In this document: positions 49,639 to 62,640 of the stretch, piece by piece
Layout: each line of letters begins with the position of its first letter
Numbering within the stretch: the stretch's first letter is position 1
Source of the DNA: Octopus vulgaris
Taxonomy: Eukaryota
Direction of reading: 5' to 3'
Assembly (NCBI GenBank): GCA_951406725.2
Contig: OX597818.1
Location: 39,928,001-39,992,000 of the forward strand
Length of the DNA stretch: 64,000 bases
Position numbers and translations under genes: made by a program
The notes under the pieces: generated by a model
Told to the model about the DNA's origin: nothing
The model's database searches: none
Seen by the model: the letters and a program-made list of their open reading frames with translations, nothing else

Positions 49639-50219
49639 TGTATTACTTCTTTAAATTATATAGTCATATGGCTCCTGGTTTTGCCTGCTCCTGTTAAACT
49701 GTCCAGTCCATACCACTATGGAAAATGGACATTAGATAATGTTGATAATGATATATATACATATATATGAACTACACTCTTGGAGTGGTTAGCGTTAGGA
49801 AGGGCATCCAGCTGTAGAAACTCTGCCAGATCAAGACTGGAGCCTGGTGCAGCCATCTGGTTGCCAGCCCTCAGTCAAAACCGTCCAACCCATGCTAGCA
49901 TGGAAAACGGACGTCAGATGATGATGATGATGATGATATATGTTGGTGGCAGGTCCCATGCTGGTGGCACATAAAAAGCACCCAGCACACTCTGTAAAAT
50001 GGTTGGGATTACGAAGGTCATCCAGCTATAGAAAGCCATGCCAAAACAGACAATTGCAGTCTAGACAGCTCCCCGACTGGCCAGTTCCTGTCAAACAGTC
50101 CAACTCATGCCTGCATGGAAAACAGATGTTAAACAATGATGATTTATGTATACACTGGCTAAAATTTTATGGGTGCAAATATGGCTGAGTGGTGAAGAGG
50201 TTAACTTTGGAAACATATC

Positions 50220-50446
50220 TCTTTTACTCTTTTACTTGTTTCAGTCATTTGATTGCAGCCATGCTGGAGCATTGCCTTTAGTCGAGCAAATCGACCCCAG
50301 GACTTATTCTTTGTAAGCCTAGTACTTATTCTATCGGTCTTTTTTGCTGAACCGCTAAGTTACGGGGACATAAACACACTACCGTCGGTTGTCAAGCAAT
50401 GTTTGGGGGGACAAATATAGACACACAAACATATACACACACATAC

Positions 50447-50511
<65 letters not shown>

Positions 50512-50660
50512 GCCTCTTTCAGTTTCCGTCTACCAAATCCACTCACAAGGCTTTGGTCGGCCCGAGGCTATAGTAGAAGACATTTGCCCGAGGTGCCACA
50601 CAGTGGGACTGAACCCGGAACCATGTGGTTGGTAAGCAAGCTACTTACCACACAGCCACT
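50220..50660 (-). mobile_element. SINE family A
   Basis: Similarity to other copies. Confidence 0.9.
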
Positions 50661-51019
50661 TGAACACTATTGATCAATATTTTGTGAGAGAAATTTGTAG
50701 GGTGTGCATGTGTGTTCTCAAGTGAGTTTGCATTTCTCCTTGTCTTCAGGTGTGTTTGCTGATTGTAAACAAAAGCTCATGTAAATAATTTTGTTTGTTT
50801 CCAATTCTTCGTGTAACTGTGTTCAAGCTGTTCATTGTTTTATAGATTGGGTGGTGATTATTATCTTGCTTGGTAGCAGGTGAGGGCACCAATTACAGCA
50901 TTTGGCTATAGAAACACACATACACACACATATGAACATACAATAATACCTACATACTCTACCATCTACACACATACACTGACATCCACACTATTATACA
51001 TGCATGCACAAGAAAATAT

Positions 51020-51590
51020 ATTCTTTTATTCTTTTACTAGTTTGTCATTTGACTGTGGCCATGCTGGAGCACCACCTTTAGTCGAGCAAATTGACCCCAG
51101 GACTTATTCTATGTAAACCTAGTACTTATTCTATCGGGGTCTTTTGCCAAACTGCTAAGTATCGGTTATCAAATGATGTTGGGGGGACAAACACAGACAT
51201 GTAAACATACACACACACACACACATATACATACATACATACATACATACATACATACATACATACATACATACATACATACATACATACATACATACAC
51301 ACGCACACACACACGTACATACACACGCACACACACACGTACATACACACATACACACACATAGACACACACACACTCACACACACATACACACACACAT
51401 GCATACACACATACATACATACATACATATGTACATGATGGGCTTCTTTCAGTTTCCGTCTACCAAATCCACTCACAAAACTTTGGTCGGCCCAAGGCTA
51501 TTGTAGAAGACACTTGCCCAAGGTGCCACACAGTGGGACTGAACCCGGAACCATGTGGTTGGTAAGCAAGCTACTTACCACACAGCCACT
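51020..51590 (-). mobile_element. SINE family A with expanded (CATA)n/(CA)n tract
   Basis: Similarity to other copies. Confidence 0.88.
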
Positions 51591-51829
51591 CATAATGTAC
51601 ACCTATAATTGCATATGCTCGTAAATACATTCAAATGTTAACACACGGGAGACAACTTCAGATAATTCCATTCATGCACACATATGCATGTATTTACACA
51701 TGCATGTCTTCCTGTAACCAAATTTAGTTCAAATGCACTCACAAACCTTTGGGAATGCACCTATGTAAACATACACTACTTTGGTATGTACACTCCAGAA
51801 CATACACACAAGCACATATGCAAATGCAC

Positions 51830-51929
51830 ATACACACACATGCAAACACACACACACACACACATTCTTGCAAACACACACACACACTACACCTTTGCAA
51901 ACACACACACCACACACTTGCAAACACAT

Positions 51930-51965
<36 letters not shown>

Positions 51966-52250
51966 TCTTTTAAACACACACACACACATTCTTGTGAACA
52001 CACACACACACATTCATGCAAACACACACACACACACACATTCTTGTGAACACGCGCACACACATACACACACATTCTTGCACACACACACACATTCTTG
52101 CAAACACACACACACACACACATTCTTGTACACACATATATACACATTCTTGCACACACATATATACACATTCTTGCACACACAAACACACATTCTTGCA
52201 CTCACACACATTCTTGCACACACACACACACACACACACATACTTGCAAA
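51830..52250. repeat. compound minisatellite (CA)n-TTCTTG
   Basis: CACATTCTTGCA recurring between variable CA runs. Confidence 0.9.
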
Positions 52251-53122
52251 TATACAAACAGGCATACGCAAGTGTAAACAAACAAGTACAGCATGCTACT
52301 GCTGTGACCTTTGCAGTTACTTGACATGCTAGAAATAGCAGTCAAATTTCCTTCAAATCACCTTACCATATTGAAATAAAAAGGTGAATGACACATTAAA
52401 TAATGTTGTTTTAGGTACACTGTCTGAAAATAGAACGGAGTGATTTCACCTGAAATATTTTCGAACAATCAGCACTGACCCAAGCCTAAAGAACAGCATA
52501 AACAGAAAAACATAAACCTATTTATCATCTATCTTCATGTCATACTTTCAAGACCTACTGTATGTACTTGTTGGATAAATTATAGTTCTTCATTAAAAAA
52601 ATGAATGAAAAAAAAAAAGCATGTATGGCTTATCTACCAAACATTACTTTGGGCGTGGAGTCTGAAGCCTTCATTAACAGACACACACACAGATGAGCAA
52701 ATGATTGAGTATGTAGGGTGTGCCATTACTCAATCTATATGAATATTAGCGTTGGAAACAAAATAGAAATTATTGATGATGCTGTGTCCTCATTGTTGTA
52801 ACATCCACTTTTCTATGCCCTCATGGGTCGGATGGATTGTGTTGAGATGGAGCTTCTATAGCTGGATGCCTTTTTTATTGCCAGCCAGTACCTGTTTCCA
52901 AGCAAGTAATATTTCCACAAGCAAACATGTTTTCATGGAAGATTGGAAATAAGGACACTGCTTGCATGATGGTGACACTCATGCATGATGTCAAGGCATG
53001 AAGACAGTAACACATACATACAGTCACATTCATTTATTCACACACGTTTGTGTGTGTGTGTGTGTGCGTGTATATATCTATATATATATATCTATAACTA
53101 TATATATGCAAGTACATCTCCG

Positions 53123-53154
<32 letters not shown>

Positions 53155-53156
<2 letters not shown>

Positions 53157-53780
53157 TCATCGTTTAACGTCTGCTTTCCATGCTAGCATGGGTTGGACGA
53201 TTTGACTGAGGTCTGGCAAACCAGATGGCTGCACCAGGCTCCAATCTGATCTAGCAGAATTTCTACGGCTGGATGCTCTTCCTAATGCCAACCACTCCAA
53301 GAGTGTGGTGGATGCTTTTACGTGCCACCAGCACGAGGACCAGTCAGGTGATACTGGCAGCAGCCACGCCCAAATGGTGTTTTTTATGTGCCACCTGCAC
53401 AGGAGCCAGTCCAGCAGCACTGGCAATGACCTCGCTCGAGTGTTTTTCATGTGCCTCCAGCACAAATGCCAATACGGCAACATAGGTAATGATCACGCTC
53501 GATGGTGCTTTTTTACGTGCCATCGGCATGGAGGCCAGCTAGTTGCTCTGGCAACGATCACGCTTGTATAGTACTCTTAGTGCTCCACTAGCACAGATGC
53601 CAGTCATCGAATTTGATTTCGATTTTGATTTCACTTGCTTCAACAGGTCTTCGCAGAGTTTAGTGTCCAATGAGGGAAAGGTACGCATAAAGTGGGCTGG
53701 TTACACTCCTGGCATAGGCCACAAGGTTATGGTCTCACTTGAGCTTGCCGAGTTTTCTCAAGCACACCAAGACCTGGCCA
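53155..53780 (-). mobile_element. 3' UTR fragment of the RTE LINE
   Basis: CATCATCGTTTAACGTC tail plus tandem GTGCTTTTTACGTGCC motif. Confidence 0.85.
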
Positions 53781-54450
53781 TCCTTAAAAAATCTGGAAAA
53801 ACCAGATTTTCGGCTGTTTGGGTCCATAGGGTCAAAACAGCTTTTGACCCCTCCCAATCAACCGCAGGCAAAATTTTCACATCGAGTAGCTTGGTACTGC
53901 TGCTGCCCATGAAACAAAGATGACTGCTTAAGCAGAATTCAATTCTGCTACAAATGTGCTTGTAACAATATGCAGTTCCATAAATTTATTTATGTCCACC
54001 CCAACCCCCCATCATATGTAGTTCTTTACTGGCCAGCTGTAATCCTATTAGATACTGTATGTTAATAGTGGCAGTTTAAAAGTGCCAATTAATTTCTTTG
54101 TGCCAAGCTTAGACTCTAAAACCACCATGTTCTTGAACTTTTTTTAGATTATATTGGCAATGTGTGAAATATTATAATTAAATGCTGTTTTTTTAAATTT
54201 TTTATTTAAATACAGCTGCAAGTGAAATTACATACATTATTTACAAAAAGCAAGATGTGACTTCAAAAGCACCAATTAATTTCTTTTTGCCAAGCTTAGA
54301 ATTCAAAACCACAACGCTATGGTTCTGGGACTTTGTTAGATTATATTGGCAATGAGTGACAATATTAATATTTACAGTTTACAATTAATTCACTTTAGTA
54401 TGTACATAATTTGCAGTTATAGCATACAATTCAAAAGCTGAAACTAGAAT

Positions 54451-54508
54451 ATTTTTGAGCTGGTGGTAATATGCACATGCATGTGCATATTACCACCAGC
54501 TCAAAAAT
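54451..54508. repeat. perfect 58-bp palindrome
   Basis: ATTTTTGAGCTGGTGGTAATATGCACATG|CATGTGCATATTACCACCAGCTCAAAAAT. Confidence 0.95.
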
Positions 54509-54963
54509 TCCTGCATAGACATACACCCAATGATCCTTCCATACTTTACTATCTACACACACATACACAAACTTCTATGCTCATGCTCACACTATCTTAT
54601 GTACATATATGTATGCAATGTATACATATAATTTATTATGCTTATAAATACATTGAATGGAGTGTGACTTATCTACTGTTATCACTTATGTATCAGTCTT
54701 TGCAGTCATTCTTGAAGAAAGTCCAAACTCCCTGCATTGGTTCCACTTTGAAAGTAATTTTTTTGCTTTAAACTTTTCAGAAATGGCATGACTCAGTATT
54801 GAAGTTAACAAACTCACTATCGAACTCAGTATTGAAGTTAATTTTAATAAACTCACTATTGGAGTTAATATTAATAAACTCAGTATTGAAGTTAATATTA
54901 ATCCTTTCTACTATAGGCTCAAGGCCTGAAATTTTTGGGGGAGTGCCAGTCGATTAGATTCTT

Positions 54964-54999
<36 letters not shown>

Positions 55000-57463
55000 T
55001 CTTGCATACACACACACATTCTTGCATACACACACACATTCTTGCATACACACACACATTCTTGCATACACACACATTCTTGCAAACCCACACAAACACA
55101 TTCTTGCAAACTGGTACTTAATTTATTGACCCTGAAAGGATGAAAGGCAAAGTCGGCTTTGGTGCAATTTGAACTCAGAATGTAGTGGCAGACGAAATAC
55201 CTCCGGCATGCTAATGTTTCTGCCAACTCACTGCTTTATTGAAGTGTGTAATAATAATTCCTGTTATTTTCATTAACTAATCCTATATTTACTCACTTTC
55301 TTAAAGCTTAACATGCATTTCACAGACACATGCAGTCAAGATGACTCATGGATCTGTGCATATAACAATGCACGTATATGAACACTCACATTAGTGTGTA
55401 CGTACCAGCACACATATAAAGAGAGAGAAAAAAAAACTGATCTTTCTCCCTTACTTTCTATATCTCTCTAGTTGTAGCTACAAGAATTGACTGTGTTCAG
55501 AACATGTCTCAGATGTACACCCCAGCACAGTGTTGCTGCTTAGCTCTTAGCTAGCTCTAAATCAAACACTTACAATCAAAAGTGTTCCTCTCATGATTAT
55601 GCTGTCTTTTTGTATTTCTAGGACTTCATTATTGAATGTGTCATTCTTTTTCAAATACTACAGGTTGTTATTTAAGAGATTTGGCTGCACTTTCTAGAAA
55701 GTTGAGTGATCATGTTGAATCCTTCTCATCTGAAGGCTCCCTTATCAGTTCATAGCACTCTCTCATTGGTTTGTGGTCCCCTCATTTCCCCATTATTGTC
55801 TTATGGCTGCCTTCTTGGCCCAGTTCGTATTCCTTTCTTTAGCTTCAAGTTGATTTTAATCAAGCCAACAAACCTAAGCTAAGATGCTGTAGCCTTAATC
55901 ATCGTTTTCATTCATAGTTTAAATTAATACATTATCCAGTATGCCTTTTTTGTTTTTTAAAGATGGTTGGGTGGATTTTAGACTGATTTAAGAATCCAAT
56001 ACCTCTATCATCATCATTTTATGTTCATACTTATGCATTCCATCTGCTGTTGTATTTATATGATTTCATATCTCCAAGCTTCAGTGGTTGGTCTCTTCCA
56101 TCATAAAAGTTTAGCAAAATTGAGATGCTACACACTTAAAGAAGCTGCTCTTAGTTTCATAAATTCTTCAATGTTGTCCTAGATATGATATCTTGATATT
56201 TCTTCTTGCTGTTGACACATCTCACTTGTAACATTGTCTTCTATATATGCCAACAAACATAAACTTTGTTGTTCACCCTATGTGGTCTAAATTAATTAAA
56301 GTCTGTAGTAAATTCTCAGCTGCCATGATTGTAGAAAATGGGGCATCTAAGATCTAGTCTTTGGTGATATGACATGTCACGTGACATTTTGGTGGAAGGG
56401 CACAGTCATTCAGATTGATTCCAATATTTGACTGGTACTTATTTTAAGCACTCTGGATTGTTGAAGGTTAAAATAAGACTTTACTTTCAGCTTAGAACAT
56501 AAAAAAGAACATTCACAGCATTTGGTTCTTGGATACCTTTAGTGGAATTTTCACTACTGTAAGCCTTTAAATCAGGTTGCTGATGTAAGGATAACTCATT
56601 AGCCATAATTTCTTCCTCTCTTTTTTCCCACCAGTCGTGGAGGCCTTGCGAAAAAGTCATGGGTACTTCCTCTCAACTTATAATTAAAAAAACTTCCTCC
56701 CAAACTAGTTATTTAGTCTTCTTTACATAAGACCATAGCACCTTATGAAGCATAATCCATCAACAACCTTTACTGTTCTTCATTTTGAGCTGTTTTTTTG
56801 TTTCTCTCTAGTTGGATCTCTGCTTTTTAGCTCTGCCTTGTATCTTGCCTCCAGTTATTTTGAGGGTATTCTCTATTCTGTCTCCTTTGTGGATTTCAGA
56901 TCATATGTTTTATGTCTTATATGCTGCATAAATACACCCATGCTAGTGGCATGTAAAAAGCACCCAGCGCACTCTGTAAAGTGGTTGATATTAGGAAGGG
57001 CATCCAATCATAGAAAACATGCCACAACAGACAATTGGAGTCTGGACAGCCCCCTGGCTGGTCAGCTCCATGTCAAACCATCTAGCTCGTCATGCCAGCA
57101 TGGAAAATGGATGTTAAACAACGATGATGTTCATATGAAAAAAAACTTTCCTCTCTCGGGTCTTGTTCATTTTGAATTGTCATCAATGCTCCTGTGAATT
57201 TACTTATTTCTAGGTAGAGGTTCCTTTTTTTTTTTAACTCTGGGAAGAGGTGGTTCATATTAGTTTGGCTTCTATCCCTTTATCTATCTTGCATAGGGGG
57301 CCCTACCAAAACCTTTTACCCTGCTGGCATATTTTGTAGGGTCATTGAGGCATATATGCCAACACAACATGACAAGGACTGGATCTTGTGGTGGAAGCTA
57401 CTTAGCTTGTCATTATACTATTTCTGCCTCTTCACTGCCATCCTTTAATGACAACAACATTAA

Positions 57464-57680
57464 CCCTTTTGTCACCATATTTATTTTAGGATGCTCTGTG
57501 TTTCAATTAATTTTAAATAAACAAAGAATTTAGTAAAATAACTTAGTTATCATTAAGCTAGTATTAATAACATAAATTGTGACTAAGGTTTGGTGGAAGA
57601 TTTTAATTCGAAACTTATGAAAACAAGGCATTTGTACTACAGGGCCAGAGGCGGTTTCAGCTGGGTTGGTATCGAAAGAG
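57464..57680. mobile_element. piggyBac-type MITE, second subfamily
   Basis: TTAA|CCCTTTTG...GAAAGAG|TTAA; homologous to 36865. Confidence 0.8.
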
Positions 57681-58354
57681 TTAAAGGGTAAGGGTAAAGA
57701 CCCCACTTCAGTCATGAATGACCATGAGACTGCACCTAGAAAGTTACCTTCTGAGGCACAAGTCCAGGCAAGGTTGTTTATGGAAAACCAGCAGTTGCCC
57801 ATGCGTACCAGCCTCTCCTCTCCATGCTACCGATATTATCCAAGAGAAAGGGAAAGGCTGATACAACTTGGCACCAGTGATGTCACAACTCATTTTTTAA
57901 AGCTGAGTGGACTGGAGCAACAGGAAATAAAGTGTCTTGCTAAAAAACACAACACACAGCCCAGTCTAGGAATCGAACTCACTACCTCATGCGTTTTAAT
58001 GACAGCATTAATATCACTGATAATTTATTAGATAGGCACAAAGCCTGAAATTTGGGTGGCAGTGTATAAGTGATAATAGTACTTGACTGGTATTATTTTA
58101 TTCTATTGAGCATGGAAGGGTGAAAGATAAAGTTGGTCTTGGTGGAGTTTGAACTCAGAAAGTAAAGAGCCAGAACAAATGGCACAGGGTATTTTTGACT
58201 CCTGCTCTAATTATTCTGTTTGCCCTAATTTCTTAAGTAAACTTATGGCTGGAAATGTTAGGAGTAGGCTTTGTAAAAGTTGAACTTAGGATGGGCTGTA
58301 AAAATAACACATGTTGCTTTGTCTGATACTCTATAGATTCTGAAAATCTGCTGC

Positions 58355-58688
58355 CAATAATAATAATAATAATGATAACAATAAATAATGATAATAATAA
58401 TGATTATAATGATAACAATAATAATAATAATAATGATAACAATAATAATAATAATAATGATAACAATAATAATAATGATAATAACAATAATAATAATGAT
58501 AATAACAATAATAATAATAATGATAACAATAATAATAATGATAATAATAATAACAACAATAATAATAATGATAATAATAACAATCATTATCATTGTTCGA
58601 CCGTGGTCGAGACAATAATAACAATAATAATGATAATAACAATAATGATAATAATAACAATAACGATAATAATAATAATAATAATAAT
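58355..58688. repeat. (AAT)n/(GAT)/(AAC) compound microsatellite
   Basis: Direct inspection; explains poly-N/I/Y ORFs. Confidence 0.95.
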
Positions 58689-58882
58689 TCTACAGGCACA
58701 AGGAGGAGGGTGCTAGTCAATTGCATTAACTCTAGTACTCAGTTGGTACTTATTTTATCAACCCTGGAAGGATGAAAAGTAAAGTTGACCTTGGCATAAT
58801 TTGAACTCAGAACATAATGAGTTAGAAGAAATGTCACTAAGCATTTTGTCTGATGTGCTAATGATTCTGGTAAAAATAATAG

Positions 58883-59253
58883 CAAGAGCACTCAGAGAGT
58901 GCAAACCTCTGTCAAGGCAATACCAATGTCCTCTCGATGATTAGCTGGAAATGATTTTTAAAATGAGAATATCTGAAATAAACTTGACTGCTCTCACAAG
59001 CAAGAATTTTAAAAATGGACCTAACTACTCTCAAAGATTAAGTAAAAAAAATGAAAAAATAATCCAGAATGCTTGTCTGGTACCAGATCGATCCCAAAAT
59101 CTAATCAGTTTGTGCCAGTCGCGAGGCCAAACATCCCTGAAAGTTTCATCTGAATCCGTTGAGTGGTTCTTGAGATATCTTGTCCAAGGACAAACAAACA
59201 AACAAACACGACTGAAAACACTACCTCCGACTTCGCTAAGGTGCAGGTAATAA
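58883..59253 (-). mobile_element. Helentron-associated (DINE/HINE-like) element
   Basis: Reverse complement of 49277-49638; terminal hairpin GCACTCAGAGAGTGC. Confidence 0.6.
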
Positions 59254-59979
59254 TAATAGTAATAAGCAAATATTCTGCTCAATACCGCAGATTTGCTTGT
59301 CAGCTGCTTGACTTTAACCAGTTGAGCATGTCCTTTAGTGGCTGGTGATTTGTGCATCACTGATGCCTGACATGCTAATGATTCTGCCAGTTCACTGCCT
59401 TAATAATCATCATCATCATTTAACATCTGTCTCACATGCTAGCATTTGTGGGATGGTTCCACAAGAGCCAGCCAGGCTGAAGCCTGCACCAGACTTCTGT
59501 GACTGTTTTGGCAAGATTTTTAAGCTAGATGTCCTTCCTAACACCAATCACTCAGCAGAGGGGACTCAGAGCTTTTTATGTGGCACAAGCACAGGCTAGG
59601 TCAGTTTTGGCAAGGTTTTTACAGCTGGATGCCCTTCTGAGCACCAACCACTTTACAGCATGAACTGGGTTCTTTTAAGTGGAACCTGCATTGACAGGGT
59701 CACCAAATACATAATAATAATAATAAAAATAATAGTAATGGTTTCAAATTTTGGTACAAAGTCAGCAATTTTGGAGTAGTGGGTAAGTTGATTTTTATGA
59801 CCCCAGTATTCAACAGGTACTTTATCCACCCTGAAAGGATGAAAGGTAAAGTCGGCCCCAGCAGTATTTGTACTCAGAATGTAAAGTTAGAAGGAATGCT
59901 ACTAAGCATTTCTCCTGGCACAGTTACGATTCTGCCGGTTTGTCACCTGTATAATAATAATAATAATAAATAATAATAA

Positions 59980-60330
59980 ATTTGAAATATGGTTGAAGGA
60001 GATTGGAATAGAATGTCCTGTAGAGCTTCTACAAAAAGTTTGTTGCTTAGGGACAAGAAGAACTATCGGGTGGGGTGGTTTCTAAGCACTTGAAAGACTA
60101 TTGAAAGCTAGCGGATATCTAAGGTTACGGTAGTTACCTGCTACCCACATAATTCCTGCCAGGAATAAGACTAAACACAAGTTAAATCAGTAGTAGTAGT
60201 AGTAGTAATACAAAAAGTTTGTTGCTTAGGGACAGCAATGATTATCAGGAGGGTTCTAAAGACTTGAAAGACTGCTGAAAACTTGTCGATACTTAAGGTT
60301 ACATAAATCCTACCAGGAATAAGACCGAAC
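59980..60330 (+). mobile_element. two 3'-end fragments of an R4/Dong-like RLE retrotransposon
   Basis: ELLQKVCCLGTRRTI and QKVCCLGTAMIIRRVL resemble LQKxxLLGTARILRKVL; flanked by (TAA)n/(TAG)n. Confidence 0.55.
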
Positions 60331-60809
60331 CTGAGCCAAACCACAATAATAATAATGATGGTTTTTGACTTAGGCATAAGGCCATCAATTTTAAATAGGA
60401 ATAGACTTAGTTGGTACCATTGACTCCAGTACTTAACTGGTATTTTATTTTATCAACCCAGAAAGGACAAAAGGTAAATTGAACTAAGCATGTAGTGTTG
60501 GAAAAAATTCCACAAGGCATATTTTCTGACAGTCTAACAATTCTGTTTGCTTGCCTCCTTTTTAATATTTTCTTGTGTTGGCATGAGGCCAGCAGATTTG
60601 ATGGGAAGGGCTTAGTTGATACCATCAACTTCAGTGCATGACTGATATTTCCTGTAAGGGACGAAAAGCAATGTTGGCCTCAGTGAGATCTGAACTCAGA
60701 GTAAAAAGAGTAGGAATTTCTACAGCAAATTATTTATTCCAACTCTCTTGTGATTCTGCCAACTCACTGCCTTCAGGATTAATAATAATAATAATAAAAA
60801 TAATAACGA

Positions 60810-61205
60810 CCGTTTTGTGAGAACTGGAAGGAAAGTCCTTGAAAACAATGAAGTTTATTATATGACTTTCCCATGCATAACAAAATGGTATAACAAACTC
60901 AGTGTTGTTTTGATAAGAAACAAGTATGTCTCATAATTGATTTGGCCTATCCATTTGATGCCAGAGCCTAGAAGAAGGGAAAAGAAAGAGCAGAATATCA
61001 TTGCAACTTGAAGAATGATATCAAATGCTGGAATAAAAAACTTGACAAGGTCGTGATCTTGCTGCTTATCATTAGGGCTTTGGGAACTGTGATAAAGAAT
61101 TTAAATGTAAACTTTTGAAAATTTAATATTAATCTGTTAGAGGGTGTCGTTTAAAAAAAACTCATTTACTTTAATCAGCAAGAATTATTTAGAAAGGCCT
61201 CACTA
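60810..61205 (+). mobile_element. R4/Dong-like restriction-like endonuclease domain relic
   Basis: KVLENNE..CLIIDLAYPFD..K..EY..L..IIRALGTV; follows (TAA)n. Confidence 0.55.
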
Positions 61206-62288
61206 CAAAGTAAGGACAGATCTGAACAAGCATTAAATGACCTCATATGGAAGACGAACAAGGAAGTTTCTCATCCAAGACTGTGAATTGTGAAAGAGAG
61301 GAATTACACAAAAAAAAAAAAAAATTACATCATCAATATTGTGTAACAGCAAAATTATAATAATGGTAATAAAGATTTCTGTTATTGGTAAGATGCCTCA
61401 AATTTATTGGTAAATAGGGATACTGTTTATTTCATGAACTCACAGAAGGTTAATGGTACTTATGTAGTTAATAATCACTGAATGATGAAAAGCAATATCG
61501 GCCCTGACTAGATTTGAATTCACAATGTAAAGATGTGTAACAGCTCAAGACATTTTACCCATTGTGTTACCAATTCTGACATAAAGCTACCTCCCCTTCT
61601 CAAATACTTCTCTCACCTAGTCAAGAGGGCCTCTTCCTTTCCTTATTCTTGTCTTATGAGTTACTTGCTAATCTCACTTGAGCCAGTAGGATGAAAGAAG
61701 CAGCTAGTATACACTGTAAAGTGGTTGATGTTAGGAAGGGCATCCAGCCATAGAAACCATGCCAAAATTGACATAGGAACCCTGTGGTTCACTGGATCCT
61801 ATCAATTCATCCAACCCATGGATGGTGAATATTAGATGATGATCTCTAACATAGGCACAAGGTCATGACTTCGAAAGAAGGCGACATTAGTTAATTAAAT
61901 CGATCTCGGTACTTGACTGGTACTTTATTGACCTTGGAAGGATGTAAGGAAAAATTTGTATGCAGTGGGAACTTGAACTCAAAATGTATAGCACTGCAAG
62001 GGTAATTTGTCTGATGCTCTAACAATTCTGCCTGTCCATTGCCCTTGAATGTTAATGATGACTCATACATGTTAATAGTAATAATTTCTCTTTTATCACT
62101 TGGTTTGCATAATAATAAACTAGAACTACCTTTAACAGATTTCAATGTTGTCAAGGTCTCTATTTGTGAAGGTCCTTGCTTCATTTTCAAGCTGTTTCAT
62201 AGCAACTGGAAATATCAGGTTATGTGTGAATACTGCTGATAATGTACCAAGCTAGCACAAGCTTGTTGCATGGTTGGAATCATCATCA

Positions 62289-62640
62289 TCTCTCTCTATA
62301 TAAACGGCAGTTTGTCTGTGCGTTTTCTGTGTGTCTGTTTTCTCGTACCCTCACTCTGACCACGGCTTTCAACCGATTCTGATGAAACTTGACACACACA
62401 TAGCCCAATGTCATAATTCAAAACTAACGCAGCGAAAATTTTGAAAAGTTCCCCCAGTTCTGAAAAAAATCGATAAATTCGACATGGGGTCGAGAATCAG
62501 AAACCCAAACCACAGACCGTCAAAAAAAATTTACCATAATTTTTTTTCCATTTTTTTGCTATTTTTTGGCTATAACTCTCTAAAAATGCTTTATAGTTAT
62601 TTCCCTTACAAACCTGAGCAACGCCGGGCGATACTGCTAG
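62289..62640 (+). mobile_element. non-autonomous Helitron with a different 5' half
   Basis: 5' TC; 3' ~120 bp nearly identical to the 6439 family (GAGCAACGCCGGGCGATACTGCTAG); inserted between A and T. Confidence 0.8.

Noticed and set aside
51126-52332. His/Thr- and Cys/Val-rich ORFs
   Set aside because: Translations of CA/CATA microsatellites.
58258-58775. Poly-Asn/Ile/Tyr ORFs
   Set aside because: Translations of an (AAT)n microsatellite.
62379-62392. CTGATGAAAC as a hammerhead core
   Set aside because: No stem II between CTGATGA and GAAA; it lies within a Helitron internal motif.
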